DNA of 64,000 nucleotides from contig JABLTG010000001.1 in assembly GCA_016618085.1 (NCBI GenBank), forward strand, positions 1-64,000, written 5' to 3'. The translations under genes and the position numbers were made by a program. Positions 37,191 to 49,553 of the stretch are shown here, in pieces. This stretch comes from Neovahlkampfia damariscottae (Eukaryota). Positions within the stretch are counted from its first letter, which is position 1; every line of letters starts with the position of its first letter. The notes beneath the pieces are model-generated. The model was not told where the DNA came from and did no database searches. It saw only the letters and a list, made by a program, of their open reading frames with translations.

Positions 37191-38129
37191 TTATTTATAC
37201 TCAATGATGGTTTTTAATCCAAAATGATCAGAAGGGAAGATATCATAACCATCTTGGTCTTGGCCAAAACTTGAATTTCCAATGATTTCAATTGCAGTTG
37301 GCGACCATGTTTTTGATTTGATTAAAATCCTATCGTATCTCATCACTTCTTCTCTAGATCCCTTCAACATGGTGTTTACTTTTGTGTCAAAAGTCTTTCC
37401 ACTTGATTCATCTTTATTCAACAAAGACCAAATATCCTTATAATCAGGAAATTTCAATAAATTGTCATTTTCCAAAGATTTTCCATCATTAAGATTATAA
37501 TTTCTTTCTGAATCAAAATTAAAATCACCCATTATCAAATTGGTTGAATTTTCATCCAAATATTCAAAAATAGAAGTTAATTGGTCAAATCGTAAGTCAG
37601 GATGATTGAGTGATTCTAAATGAACAGTGGATATAATTACATTTTCATCATTAATTGATATATGAGCGTTTAAGTTCATTCTACACATATTTGTTTTGAG
37701 AATTTTCATTGAGAATTTTTCGAGTGGAATTTTTGATAAAATTACAACTCCATAAGGAATAACTGAAGAACCAGAAATATCAGAAACTTCATATCCTTCT
37801 TGTATCCAGTCCAATTCTTTCAAATAAGAAATATTTTTTGGTGTAACTTCTTGAAGACATATAACATCTGAATCTTTGCTAATTTTCAATAATTCAGAAA
37901 ATCTTTCGGTTTTCATATGATCACTGAACCATACATTGTATGAGACAATTGAAATTTTTTTCAGTTCCATTGTTGTTTTTTTTTTTTTTTTAATTTTCCA
38001 ACATTTCTCTTCTTTATGATAAACAAATGGTCTTAAATTGATTACGGATCCAATTTTATATTCACTCCATTTTGTATTGCTGGTAGTTCTTTCTTCATCA
38101 ATTTCTTCTGTGGTGAGTATTGAACCCAT
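37191..38129 (-). CDS. Exonuclease/endonuclease/phosphatase-family protein, TDP2-like
   Basis: SYNVWF, DVICLQEVT, TVHLES, MGDFN, RYDRI, PSDHFGL; intronless. Confidence 0.85.
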   Translation of the reverse strand: MGSILTTEEIDEERTTSNTKWSEYKIGSVINLRPFVYHKEEKCWKIKKKKKTTMELKKISIVSYNVWFSDHMKTERFSELLKISKDSDVICLQEVTPKNISYLKELDWIQEGYEVSDISGSSVIPYGVVILSKIPLEKFSMKILKTNMCRMNLNAHISINDENVIISTVHLESLNHPDLRFDQLTSIFEYLDENSTNLIMGDFNFDSERNYNLNDGKSLENDNLLKFPDYKDIWSLLNKDESSGKTFDTKVNTMLKGSREEVMRYDRILIKSKTWSPTAIEIIGNSSFGQDQDGYDIFPSDHFGLKTIIEYK

Positions 38130-38511
38130 GAAGTCAATTTGAAAAGGAATTGTGATTGGTTCTAAAATAAATTATTTTATTTTGTTTTTACAAAATGATT
38201 TTGAAGAAAAACAAGATTTTTTGTCAATTCAAGATGGAAAATTACTTAATATAGTTCCTGTTTTCTCCCTATACGGATTTGAATTATTCTCCGGACCAAT
38301 AAGTGTTCTCCTTGCTAATCGCACCAATCGCATCGTCGTTCAGTTGAATGTTAAGAAGAAACAGAAGTGAAAAACAACTTCCGAAAACTTATCACTCAAC
38401 TTTCTTAAAAAAACAGTAATTCCATCAACAACATCTCCTAATTCCTTTTCCGCAAGAAAATGGCTTGAAAACCTAGTAAACGACCCTGACTTTTTCGCTT
38501 TCAAATTCTCA

Positions 38512-39066
38512 ATGAAAGAAATGGCAAATCTGCAACAAATCCTTTTTGATTCTTGGATAACCAACTCAATATCTTTGATTTTCAAAAAATACAATTTAGT
38601 CAATGAAGAAACACTTGTAAATGTAATCGTGAAAAAATTCCTTCAAGAATGCTTTGAACCAACAACGAATGTTCTTGGTATCTATTTCATGGATAATTAC
38701 CTTGAACTTTTAAAGGTGGAAAATAACGGAAAAATCAACCTAAGCACCACGGAATTAATCACAATCTACTCTGCAAGTTTTTTACTTTGTGTAAAGTTTT
38801 ATGAAGATACAAATTTAATGAACTCACAATTTTTCACACTATACAATCTATCAAAAGAAAATATAACTCTAAAAAGTTTACAATCTTTTGAATTTTCAAT
38901 TTTAACAAAACTGGATTATCGATTAAACGTTTCACCGGATGACCTTTTTGACTACATGATTTCTTTATATTCAGAGTTTGAATATGATACAAAATTCATG
39001 AAAAAAATTCAATTGGATTGTCCAAAATTTTTTAATTCAAAATTTTTAGCACCTAAATATTTGTGA
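38512..39066 (+). CDS. Cyclin-box protein (Pho80/Pcl-like)
   Basis: LGIYFMDNY, SFLLCVKFYED, LQSFEFSILTKLDYRL. Confidence 0.75.
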   Translation: MKEMANLQQILFDSWITNSISLIFKKYNLVNEETLVNVIVKKFLQECFEPTTNVLGIYFMDNYLELLKVENNGKINLSTTELITIYSASFLLCVKFYEDTNLMNSQFFTLYNLSKENITLKSLQSFEFSILTKLDYRLNVSPDDLFDYMISLYSEFEYDTKFMKKIQLDCPKFFNSKFLAPKYL

Positions 39067-39076
39067 TTAAAATTTT

Positions 39077-39904
39077 TTAACACAAATCATCAAAAATTTT
39101 TTGTTCTTTTAAAAGTTCTTCTTCTTCATTGTATTGATGTTCTTTTCCATTATATATGATTAATTGATCATCATTAATGTGTTCAAGCAATGCTTGTTTT
39201 ATTTCCTCTTGTCCTGATCCAACGAATGAATATTTTTGTACAACATGTTTTGGAACTAATAATGAAATTACACTCCACATCCATGTAATTGTCCATCCTG
39301 AGTTAATTACAATCATCTTGTGATTTCTTTCAATATAATTTTCTGATATTTCATCCAACATTGATTTTACACAGTATGCTAAATCAAAAGAACCTGAAAT
39401 TCCTTTTATATCTATTATATTAGTAATTGAAGTAATTGGTTCTTTCATTTGTCTTTTGGCTGATTCAATCGTGTACACCATCATCTTCATCTTTTCACAA
39501 TTTTAATTTTTTTTTTGAATTACTTTTTCTTTAAATCCTTCATCATTATTCTCTAAATCATCTCTTTCTAATATAATATATCTCACTGGATGTCCTTGTT
39601 TATCAAATCCATGATTAAAAATTGCCATTTTTTCATAATGAGGTAAATCTTTAATTCTAAGTTTCTCTGGTTGATATTCACGTTTCCAAAGGAGTGATTT
39701 TTTTAAACACTTTTCAGCTTGATCTAAATTCCATTTCCATCCGTGACATAATCGATGACAAGTTGTTTCATTTACGTATAACTTTTTTTCTTCTTTTGTG
39801 AATTCAATATCAATCCAGTTTTCTATTCTATTTTTCAAAGATTCTATTTTTTCTTTTTGTTCATTTGTTATTTCTTTCAATTCACAAACGTGGTACTTTG
39901 CCAT
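39077..39904 (-). CDS. CRAL-TRIO (Sec14-like) lipid-binding protein
   Basis: KWNLDQA...SLLWK, GFDKQGHPV, IIDIKG, ENYIER...IVIN, WSVISLL; one intron ~39492-39522. Confidence 0.85.
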
Positions 39905-39984
39905 CAAGTTGATAGTTTGTCGGTTGAAATTAATTCATCCAATCGGAGAATGATAAAAACAGGTTGAAGTGAACAATAGAAATT

Positions 39985-41912
39985 TTATAGTAAAATTGAT
40001 TTTGTTTTTCTTGGATCACTAAAAGGACAATATGAATCCTTAAATTTTTCTACATTTTCATTCAAACTTTTCAGTTGTTGAATTTTTTCTTCTGATGATA
40101 TTTTTTGATCTTCATTCAACTGATGAATCTCATTCTCATAATGAAATGATTTCATCCAAAAAGCTCTATCAATTCCCTTCAAAAATAAATATTCTGATGA
40201 AAATTTTGATGGCAATTCTTCATCAATTTCCAATAAATTATCGACATAACTGTCCAATTGTTGATGCGTTCTAAATTTCTCAATGTCTTTCTTCAAACCA
40301 AAATGATTTTTGAATTCTGTTGATAATTTGAACTCCAATTTTGTCATTCCTAATCTTTTTGAGTCTCTCAGAAACTCACCAATTGGTCCATCGGTTGGTA
40401 ATGAACTACCAATGATTTTCATCAAATCTTCAACAAAGTCAAATGAATTTCCTTGTTTTTCATCAGTTGGATGCAAACAAAATTGCTTATTTGTATTCCA
40501 ATATATTATACATTTTGCTATTTTTTCAAGAATTTCATTGATATTGTCAAATGAAATCAAAGAAGGTAAATCTGCAGTCAAAACAGCTGATTCTGAAACA
40601 CATGCTTTTGGGATAATAATTTCATCCTTATTCCATTCCAGTAACCAAGGACCTTTTCAAAAATTAATTAAAAAAAAACAAACCAATCATTAAAGCAGGA
40701 TAGAATTCTTCGAATTCGTTTAAAACTGAAAATCGAGTAAGTACAGGGGAAAAGAAATTAGCAACAGATTGTCTTTTAAAATCCGAATGTTTTTTCTCCA
40801 AAAATAAGAGTTTTACATTAATTTTGTTTTCAATTCTAGAAAATTAGAATATTTTTTTGATTCACTTTTGTTGAATGATTTTCTCATATTTTTTTTCTTC
40901 TTTTAAAGATTTATCAAATGATTTAATATGTCCCTTCCAGTCCTTTGACAAATAACTATCCAGAATTCCTTCAACTTTTGATAATTTGAGTGCAAATCTT
41001 AATAATTCATTTTCATTCATTTTTTGGAAATAAAAAGTCTTCTTTAATTTAAAAACAACAACATAATGAGGCTTTTGAAAGATTAATATGTAAAGAAAAC
41101 ATACCACTTTTGTAATTACATTTTCATCTTTTGCATATCCTAAAACAGCATCATAACATAAATCAGATTTTTTGAATCTAGAAAAAGAGTCATAATACAG
41201 ATCATCAAGAACAGCTCTTGAAATCATGGTCAAATATTCATAAGGTAATCTATTCAACACCCATTTTTCACCAACTTTTTGTTTTGATATTTCTTCAAAA
41301 AATTTGACTTTTAAAGCATTTAGTAAGTTTAACTCTTGTTCTGAACCAGATTTGATGAAAGTATCAATTATTTTAAAAAATAATGAAACTGTTTCTTTTG
41401 ATTTATCTTGTGGAATGGCCTTTACATACAAAAGAAACTCAAAAGGTTCTAAAGAAAAAAGTGAATTTTTCTTAAACTTTACCTGGGTTGAATTCACTTC
41501 TGAGATATGCTCTGAAAGCTTCTTTGATTTCAGATTTTGTAAATATTGAGTCAAAATTCAGTTCATATCCATGAAGTCCTCTTTCAGGTAAGTTTTCAGT
41601 GCTAACTTTTTCTAAATCTTTCACTGAAGATGTTTCAAAAAGTGGACTACCAAAAATAGCCTGGTCCAAGTTTGAGAAGGTTTGTGATCTTCTTTTTAAT
41701 GTTTTTGTGTCTATGGGTATAGGATTAGCTTCTTTTATCGCTTCTTGAAAAATGTCACGCGCGGAATTTGAAAAGGAAAGTCTTTTTGAAGAAACCTTTT
41801 TTCCGTTCATACCAAGCTCTATTCCAATCGTGGATGTTGATTTCTTCTCACTGTTTGATCCAAGTGAAAGCTCAAAGTCTATTTTTCCAATGGAAATCCT
41901 TCTCTTTCTCAT
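39985..41912 (-). CDS. RGS domain fused to a probable inactive permuted papain-like domain
   Basis: AFRAYLRSEFNP|EPFEFL...DSFSRF (RGS), continuing through short introns into VKLLFLE...FYPALMIGPWLLEWN...WNTNKQF...GNSFDFV. Confidence 0.62.
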
Positions 41913-42000
41913 TGTTTGTTGAGTGGCAACTGATTGATTGGTTGATAAAAATGACGAACCAATTATACTAAACTAGCATTTATTTTTAAGGTTTCTTGGA

Positions 42001-43187
42001 TTATAAAAATTCTTTGATGTGATTAATAACTAATTTTGACCCTGAAAATTCAACTTTTTTTTCAATTTTTTTGAAAAAAATTTTGAAACTTTTTTGGGTG
42101 TCACTTTTTTTTTTTGTTTTTAAATTTCTCAAATCTTCTGTAAAGTAATCTACTAGTACTTTTATCAAAATTAAAAAAATTTCCCAATTTCTTGTTTCAT
42201 CATCCAAACAATTTTTGTCCAAAAAATAAATAAAATTCTCAAAATCAGATCTGTATTCATTTGTGATATCCATTTGAAGAAAATCTTCTAAAAAGTAATT
42301 GATGATTCGAAATTTTCCTTTTGAGTTTGGAAGTTGATTTAATATCCAATGAAGTACTTCTGGATTCAATTTTTCATTGGAAATTAATGATTTAAAATGA
42401 ATATCTAAATTTTCAGATGTAACAGCAGAGTCTTCACAAACTACTAATATCTAAATGCAATTTGAGACAAAAATAACTAAAACTTACAATATGAATCCAT
42501 TTGATGAGAGAATGAATAAAATTTGAATGATTTGAGTTGTAATTTAAGATAACCAAGTCAAATATAATCGAAAGTAAATCTTCTAAGAATTTGAAAATTT
42601 TGGCGCCTTCAACAATTGCCAAAAATTTAGCGAATAAAAAACCCTCACGATTTTTGGCAGTTTCCAGGTCCATTGAAAAAACTTCAGCATAATATCTTAC
42701 AATTAAATCATTCTAAAAAGTGAATTAAAGCACTCAAAAGCTACCTTTGATTTAAAACTTTCAAGCAATTCATCACTTCCCATTAAATAATACATTGAAG
42801 GCGCTTCTGTTGGTGGAAATTTAGTTGAAAGTGTCATTAAAGTTGAATAAACTTCTTCTTTCATAACTCCTTTCACTAAACATTCCACTAAATGTTTAGT
42901 TATCTCCTCATTTGGATAAGAATTCTCTTTTGACAGTAATTTTGAAAAAGAACATAAATTTTCAACTTTTGAGATTAAACAACTTGATTTTAGGTACCTA
43001 CTGTTTCATCCGTTTGAAAGAATGCCTTCAAAAAGTTCAGCTTTTTTCCAGACAAAAGTTGCGGTGTTCCATCTTCATTTTCTTCTTCTTCAAGTTTTCT
43101 TTTTTTTGAAACACCAAATAAACTTCTAAATTCATCTTTTCTTCCTGGTGTTTTCGAAACTTTTTTACCAGATCGAAGGTGTGACAT
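42001..43187 (-). CDS. Hypothetical nuclear protein (basic NLS-like N-terminus, helical C-terminus)
   Basis: Consecutive minus-strand ORFs 42990-43241, 42703-42888, 42434-42673 and 42001-42369; SKKRKL; exact exon structure and 3' end unresolved. Confidence 0.5.
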
Positions 43188-43222
43188 GATTGGATAATTC
43201 TTTTTTAACGAACAATTTTTTA
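43188..43222. promoter_or_regulatory. 35-bp bidirectional promoter containing a CCAAT box
   Basis: gattgg at 43188-43193 between divergent ATGs at 43187(-) and 43223(+). Confidence 0.5.
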
Positions 43223-44285
43223 ATGAACACAAAATCATCAAAACTGAAAGAAGAAGATACTTGGAGAACCTTTAAAGAAATAGAAGATAAATATGTAATT
43301 ATTGAAAAAGTTGGTTCAGGAACGTTTTCTGACGTGTATCATGCTTATGAGACAAATAATGCATCAATTCATGTAGCTTTGAAAAGAATAAAAAAAAGTG
43401 TGCACCCAGATAGAACTTTAGGTGAGTTACAGATGCTTGATAAATTAAAGTAAAAAAAAAACATTTTTTTAAACAACAAGAGGAGAAAAAAATACATCGA
43501 AAATGATTAAGGTTCTAAGACATATGGATCAAATAACAATAGTTATGGAGTATATACCACATGTAAATTTTAAAGATTTATTACCAGTTATGGGTTTGGA
43601 AGGAATAAAACATTACATGAAGGAATTATTCATTGCTCTGGAACATATTCATTCATTTGAAATAGTTCATCGAGATTTAAAACCAACAAATTTTCTTGTG
43701 AATCCAGTTGAACATCAATATAAATTAATTGATTTTGGATTGGCTGAACATTTATCAAATACCAATAAAAAGCAAATATTTGAAAATAAATTACAAGGGA
43801 AAAAATTTGATTTACCATCAGTAAGTAGAGCAGGTACTAGAGGTTTTAGAGCACCTGAAATTTTATTGAGACATACAATTCAAACAACAGCAATTGATAT
43901 GTGGAGCGCTGGTGTAATTTTATTGTCACTATTGACAAATCGCTATCCATTTTTTCAGTCACATGATGATTTATATTCATTAACTGAAATACTAAATATC
44001 ATACCTTATCAAGAAGTAGAACAAAAATTGTTAAATGCTTACAGTAGACAAAAAATTCATTGAACCTTTTTTTTTTTAGATCGGCAAATTTCTGTTTCAA
44101 AAGAACTTTTGAATATTTCAAACGATAAAAAGAATTGGAGAGAATTTTGTGAGAATTGTAATCCAAAAAAATTTTATGGATTATATCCAGATTCTCTGTT
44201 TGACTTATTGGATAAATTATTAGATGTAGATTTTAGAACAAGAATATCAGCAAAGGATGCATTGAAACATGAAATTTTTAAATAA
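43223..44285 (+). CDS. CDC7: Cell division cycle 7 kinase
   Basis: VGSGTFSDVY, VALKRI...HPDRTLGEL, HRDLKPTNFL, RAGTRGFRAPE, IDMWSAGVILL...RYPFF; two introns. Confidence 0.88.
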
Positions 44286-46152
44286 ATTGATATTCATTGA
44301 AATTTTGTTGAAAAAATGAAATTTCTTGAAATGACATGAATTCTTCTAAATAATGAAATCTACGTCTTCTAATGTTGACATTTTGTATTTTTGAATTTTC
44401 AATCCTATTAATTTGATAAATGAAATCATTCAAATCACAAAAATCTGATGGTATCATTGATTTATTTGACATAGTTTTCATTGCAATTCTTTTTAAATTT
44501 TTTTCAATTTTTTGATTTTTCAATGTTGAAATGAATTGTCCATTATTAAGTTTGATGATCTCTTTTGAATAATTATCTAGTGATAAATCATTAAATTCAT
44601 GTATTTGAATTGAATCTTCAAATGATAATAATTCAATAGATTTGAATGTCATGTTATTGTTAAATTTCAAATTTTGTTTCAGTTCCTCTTCAGGTATCAT
44701 TTTCTCAATCATTCCTTCATTTTTGAACCAGAATTGTAAGTTTATTAATGTTCTTCTAATATCGCCTTTAAAAAAAATCAACATTGATTTGATTTCTTCA
44801 AAAGAATAAAAAAATCCTTTCAAAATTAAAATTGAGAAAATCAATGAAATTTTTAAAGATGAATTGGAGATTTTCTTCAATTCTATAATTTCCATAAACT
44901 CTTCTTCTTCCTTCGTAAAATTACTGGAAGTGACAATGATTGGTTGTTTTGTCTTTAATGACAATTTCTTGATGGTTGAAATTGAGCAATCACCAATATC
45001 AATATCATCAATTAAAATGATTAAATTTACAACTTTTTCTTTATATGAATTAATTGAATGTGATTGAGTAATCTCAAAAAATTCATTAATCATTGATTTA
45101 TATGACCTATCAAAAGTAGAATTGATTTCAAAAATATTAAAACCTAAACGACGTGCTAAAGTATAAATACATGATGTTTTGCCTGTAGATGTTTCTCCAG
45201 TTAATCCTAAGATGTTTTCTTTTTCTTCTTTTTCGAAAAATTCATCTTCTTTCTCTGGTGTTTTTTCTTGTTTTTTCCATTTTTCTAAAAATCTTTCAAT
45301 TGAATTCAATGGTGTCTCAAGTTCAAAAAAATCTTCTTTTTCTAAATTGGATAAACAATCTGTCCATAGTTTTTGATTTTCTTTGATAATTTGTTCATTT
45401 ATTTTTTCAAGTTTTAACAGTTTTTCAAGGTTGACTTTTTTTGTCATTTTTTGATTTACAATAGCAGTGAAATTCGTTATTTCTTCTTCTATATTTCTTT
45501 TGGAAGGTTCTTTTTCTGGTAATTTTTTGTAATTTTGTTTTTTTAAGAATGTCTTTTCAAATTTTTTGATTTCAAATTCTTCTTCAATATAATCATTTTC
45601 ATCCTCCAATTCTATCAAATCTACAATAATTTCTTCATCTTTTGATTCTTTGTTTTTTTCAAAAACATGAATTGGTGCACCGTGACCCCATTGTTGACTT
45701 TTTTGACATTTTTCATTTATTCTAGAATTTGATACATCTTTAACTTTTAAAAATGGATGGTCTTTGTTTCTTTTGACGAAACTTTCCAATTCCTTTTCTT
45801 CTTTCAAAATTTGTTTTCGGAAATTTTCAAGTTTTTTTTTCTTCTTTTCTTCTGGATTTAAAAAGAGTGGATGTAATCGTTCTATCCTCTCTTCTTCTGT
45901 CAAGATTGTAATTATTTTTTTTTCTTTTTTTTCCTCTGGTTTTGTCGGTTTTTTTAAAAAAAATGGATGGACAGAAATCGCTTTTCAATAATGTTAAATT
46001 GATAAATATTTACATTTTGATGGTTCTTTGATCTCAATTATTTCTTTATTCTTTTCCGTTTCATTAATCATCGAAAACGTCAGTTGTTTCTGTTTTTTGG
46101 TTGATTTTGAATCAACAATCTCTAATTTCAATTTCCTCTTCCTTGTTGTCAT
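44278..46152 (-). CDS. ELG1: ATAD5/Elg1 RFC-like AAA+ PCNA unloader
   Basis: Walker A GETSTGKT, GFNIFEINS, EITQSH, Walker B ILIDDID, GDIRRTLINLQFW; repeated IHPFF/LHPLF N-terminal motifs. Confidence 0.75.
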
Positions 46153-46263
46153 GTTTCAGTTTTTCTAAAATTTCCACTTTTGACTCTCTTTTGTCGTTAC
46201 AAAAATTATGAATAATTCAATTGGATCATTTTCAACCAATCAAATTAGTTTTTGTTTTCACCA

Positions 46264-46707
46264 ATGAGCACAGAATTCAAACCTCTTGCAAAACCAACTT
46301 CATTTGATAATGTTTTAGTGAAAGACATTCCACTCACACAATTTCCAAAATTCCTTTGGCAACACATGGGCAGAAATGGTCAAATTAGGTTTTTTTTTTT
46401 TTATTAAATAAATACATAGATTACAATATTATTTTGAAAGAAAAGGAGGTTCCATTACACATCCATTAGGAGGTTGGAATGTTTTAAAAGCTGCTGCTTT
46501 ACCATTTTCATTAATATTTTTCACTGGATACTTATTTGAAGCAAGAAAAATTAACAGTAAAAAAAAAAAAAAAAGACTCACATAATTTTATTAGCAACTT
46601 TCAGAGCTATGGTTACACATAGATATGGATCATACGAAGAATATGAAAAAATGACTAATATTGAAAAACGTTATGTTCACTATCACCTTAGACGTAGAAT
46701 GAATTAA
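46264..46707 (+). CDS. Probable mitochondrial ATP synthase subunit f (missed by ORF track)
   Basis: Three exons (introns ~46389-46419 and ~46557-46594) give KDIPLTQFPKFLW...RLQYYFERKGGSITHP...FFTGYLFE, with one TM. Confidence 0.5.
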
Positions 46708-46792
46708 AATAAAAACCAAATTTTTTACAGTACTATTTTTTGGTTGTTGTGAGTCTTTTTTGACAAATGAAAAAAAAAAGAGAAACGGAATT

Positions 46793-48856
46793 TTAATAAG
46801 CTCTTTTATTACTGGTTCTTGATTCATCATAATTTCTTTTTCTTTTTCTTCCTTTTGAATAATAATATTCATCTTCTTCACTTGAATCAACACCTGATGA
46901 AGTATCACCATCATGATCCTTCAAAGCAATTCTTTGACTTCTTCTAACTGAAGATTCAAAAATTAAACTTAAATCATTTTCAACATCTTTTTTTTCCAAG
47001 AATGGATTTACTCGCTCTTGAAAGGTTTTCATGATTTTATTTTTTTTTCTTTTATCAAAAACTGGTTGTGTTGGTATGTCAATTAATTTTTCATCCATTT
47101 CATCATTTTGATCAATTTCAAATGGTATAGCTTTTCCTAAAAGTTTAATTTTTTCATCTGAAATGTTATTTAATTCTTCAAATAAATCATAGGATTCTTG
47201 TTTTATTTTTTCATCTGATTGGTTATTGTTGGTTATTGTTTCTGATTGGTTTTCAATTTTAATTTTTTTTTCTTCTTCTTCATTTTGTTCTTCTTTTAAT
47301 AAATTAAAATTATGAACATCTATTAATTCATAAACATCAAAACCTATAGGTTTTTTTTTTCTTGAAGGAGTATGACAAACACTATTATATACATTTAATT
47401 CAATCATTGGATCCATGAATAATGATTCAATTTCTTTTTCTTTCTTTTTTTTTTCAGTTTCAGGAATTAAGTTCAAAATTCTTTTTTTAATTTGTTCTTT
47501 CATTAATTCTTTATAATTTTCATATCTATAAGCAGTATCTGAGAACATTTTTAAAGAAAGATTAGAAAATGAAAAATTCTTTGAATTTTCTAAGAATTCA
47601 TCTTCTGAATCTGATCCAGATGCTAAAACTTCAGAATCTTCTGAGAAATCATCAGTTGAAACTTTTTCATTTTCGTCCAATGAATAATCATCTAATCTGG
47701 TCATACGACTGCTTGGCTTTCTACGATTTGACTGTGTAGAATTTGGTTTTTTAACTTCTTTCTTTTTTTTATTATTCATTCCCATAGGTTTTCTTGAAGA
47801 AGGTGATGATAATTTTTTCATTTTTTGTTCAATACTTTCATTATCAATACTTCTTCTTCTGTGATTATTTTGATATCTACTATTTGATGAAGATGAAGAA
47901 GATGATGTGTTATAACTACTCATTCCATTATTTGTTTGATAAGGTGATGATGAAGAATATAATCTTGAATTTGAATTTGATTGGTTTTGTGAAGATTGAT
48001 ATAATTGATTTTGATAACTTGAATAAGGATTTTGATAAGGATTACCTAAACCACCACTTCCATAAGGTGAATTTTGATTTCCATATCTCTGTTGATATTG
48101 TAAAGAACCCATCATAGGATTTGAATAATATTGTTGAGATTGAGTATAACTAGGTGGTCTTTGTGAATAATTTGAATAATTATTTTGTTGTGGTTGTTGT
48201 CTTTGATATGAAGGTGAATAACTTTGTCCTGTTCTGTTAAAAGAAGTTGAACCTGGATAATTCAAGTTTCCGGAGTTTTGTTGTGAGTTTTTATGAGGTT
48301 CACTTGATGAATGAATATGACTTTGTTGTGGTTTATAAACTGGTGGTGGCTGTTGTAAAGCATTTGGTTTTAAAATTTCTGAAAGTGAATTTTTTAATTG
48401 AACGTTTTCACCAAATGATAAAAACATACTTTCTAAACGATCAGAACCTGTGTCAGGTTCATTGACTTGTGTTGAAAATGGTAACTTTTGATGTTGAAAG
48501 TTGTTTTGTTCAAAACTTTTCATGAGGTTGATTGAAGCATCATGACTCTCTTTAATTTCAGGAACTTCATGTATTTTGATTGAGGAAGTATCAAAAAAGT
48601 TATCCTTTGATTTGTTTAATGAATTCTGGTTTGGAAATGTAAAACTATTCTCTTGTTTTTGTGGTGATGGTCCTGGTTGATTTTGTAAAATATTTTTAAA
48701 AATAGCATCTATAGGAGGTGGTTTTTCATTCAGTAATTCACTTGGTGAGAGTAAACCTTGGATTTCATTTCTTTTTGTATTAAAATTTGGTTGGTTTTTT
48801 TGTTGATTCTGTTGTCCTTGTGTATTCTCTTGGTTAAAGATATTGGAAGAAAACAT
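46793..48856 (-). CDS. Low-complexity Q/S/N/Y-rich, probably disordered nuclear protein
   Basis: 687-aa intronless ORF; prion-like Q/S/Y/N region, basic clusters, RRSQRIA. Confidence 0.65.
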   Translation of the reverse strand: MFSSNIFNQENTQGQQNQQKNQPNFNTKRNEIQGLLSPSELLNEKPPPIDAIFKNILQNQPGPSPQKQENSFTFPNQNSLNKSKDNFFDTSSIKIHEVPEIKESHDASINLMKSFEQNNFQHQKLPFSTQVNEPDTGSDRLESMFLSFGENVQLKNSLSEILKPNALQQPPPVYKPQQSHIHSSSEPHKNSQQNSGNLNYPGSTSFNRTGQSYSPSYQRQQPQQNNYSNYSQRPPSYTQSQQYYSNPMMGSLQYQQRYGNQNSPYGSGGLGNPYQNPYSSYQNQLYQSSQNQSNSNSRLYSSSSPYQTNNGMSSYNTSSSSSSSNSRYQNNHRRRSIDNESIEQKMKKLSSPSSRKPMGMNNKKKKEVKKPNSTQSNRRKPSSRMTRLDDYSLDENEKVSTDDFSEDSEVLASGSDSEDEFLENSKNFSFSNLSLKMFSDTAYRYENYKELMKEQIKKRILNLIPETEKKKKEKEIESLFMDPMIELNVYNSVCHTPSRKKKPIGFDVYELIDVHNFNLLKEEQNEEEEKKIKIENQSETITNNNQSDEKIKQESYDLFEELNNISDEKIKLLGKAIPFEIDQNDEMDEKLIDIPTQPVFDKRKKNKIMKTFQERVNPFLEKKDVENDLSLIFESSVRRSQRIALKDHDGDTSSGVDSSEEDEYYYSKGRKRKRNYDESRTSNKRAY

Positions 48857-49553
48857 TGTTGTTGTTTGATTGAGCTTTATTGAAATTGACGCGTCAAGGA
48901 CGATGTTTCTTCACCAAAAAAATATCTTTACAAGTATCTCTGTTGACTGTCCAATGAGAATACGCCACATTTTAGAACCTCTAAAACCGAATCAAGTGCA
49001 CAAATATAAGTTTTAATAAAATTGATTTATTTTGTTGAGAAACATTCAATAATTACTTCAATTGTAAGTTTTCCCTTCAATTTTTTCTTGGAAGAGAAAA
49101 CCAATCAAGTTCAAGGAATAATTATTTAGTCGTTCAGAAAGAAAGGTGAACTCATAATAACCAAAAATTACAGATGGATGAAAAAACTCTCAAAAAATTC
49201 TCAAATTTTCAAATTGGCATTTTCACCAGAAATTCCAAAAACTTGCGGTAAATTGAGCGTTATACCCAACTGTTTTCACTTGCAAAACGACTGATTTGAT
49301 GAAAAAGAGAATTTTTACAGCAAAAAAACCTTCAAAATGGCTGACTTTTAAAGAACTTTTTTTTTTCTTTTTAAAGGAATTTCTTGAGTTTTGATAATGT
49401 TCTATATAATAAATTTAATCCTTTCATATTCAAAATCAGCAGACAAACAACAATTTTGTTCGGGTATTTATTGTTTTTATTGGCTATTTCTCATTCAACC
49501 AATAATACTCGTTTTGCCATAAACAAACCAAAAAATAATAACGTCAACCGAAA

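Noticed and set aside
6440..38129. Possible RNA repair/modification cluster (AlkB relic, RlmJ-like, RtcB2, Trf4, TDP2-like)
   Set aside because: Spread over 30 kb among unrelated genes with no operon-like adjacency; no evidence of linkage from sequence alone
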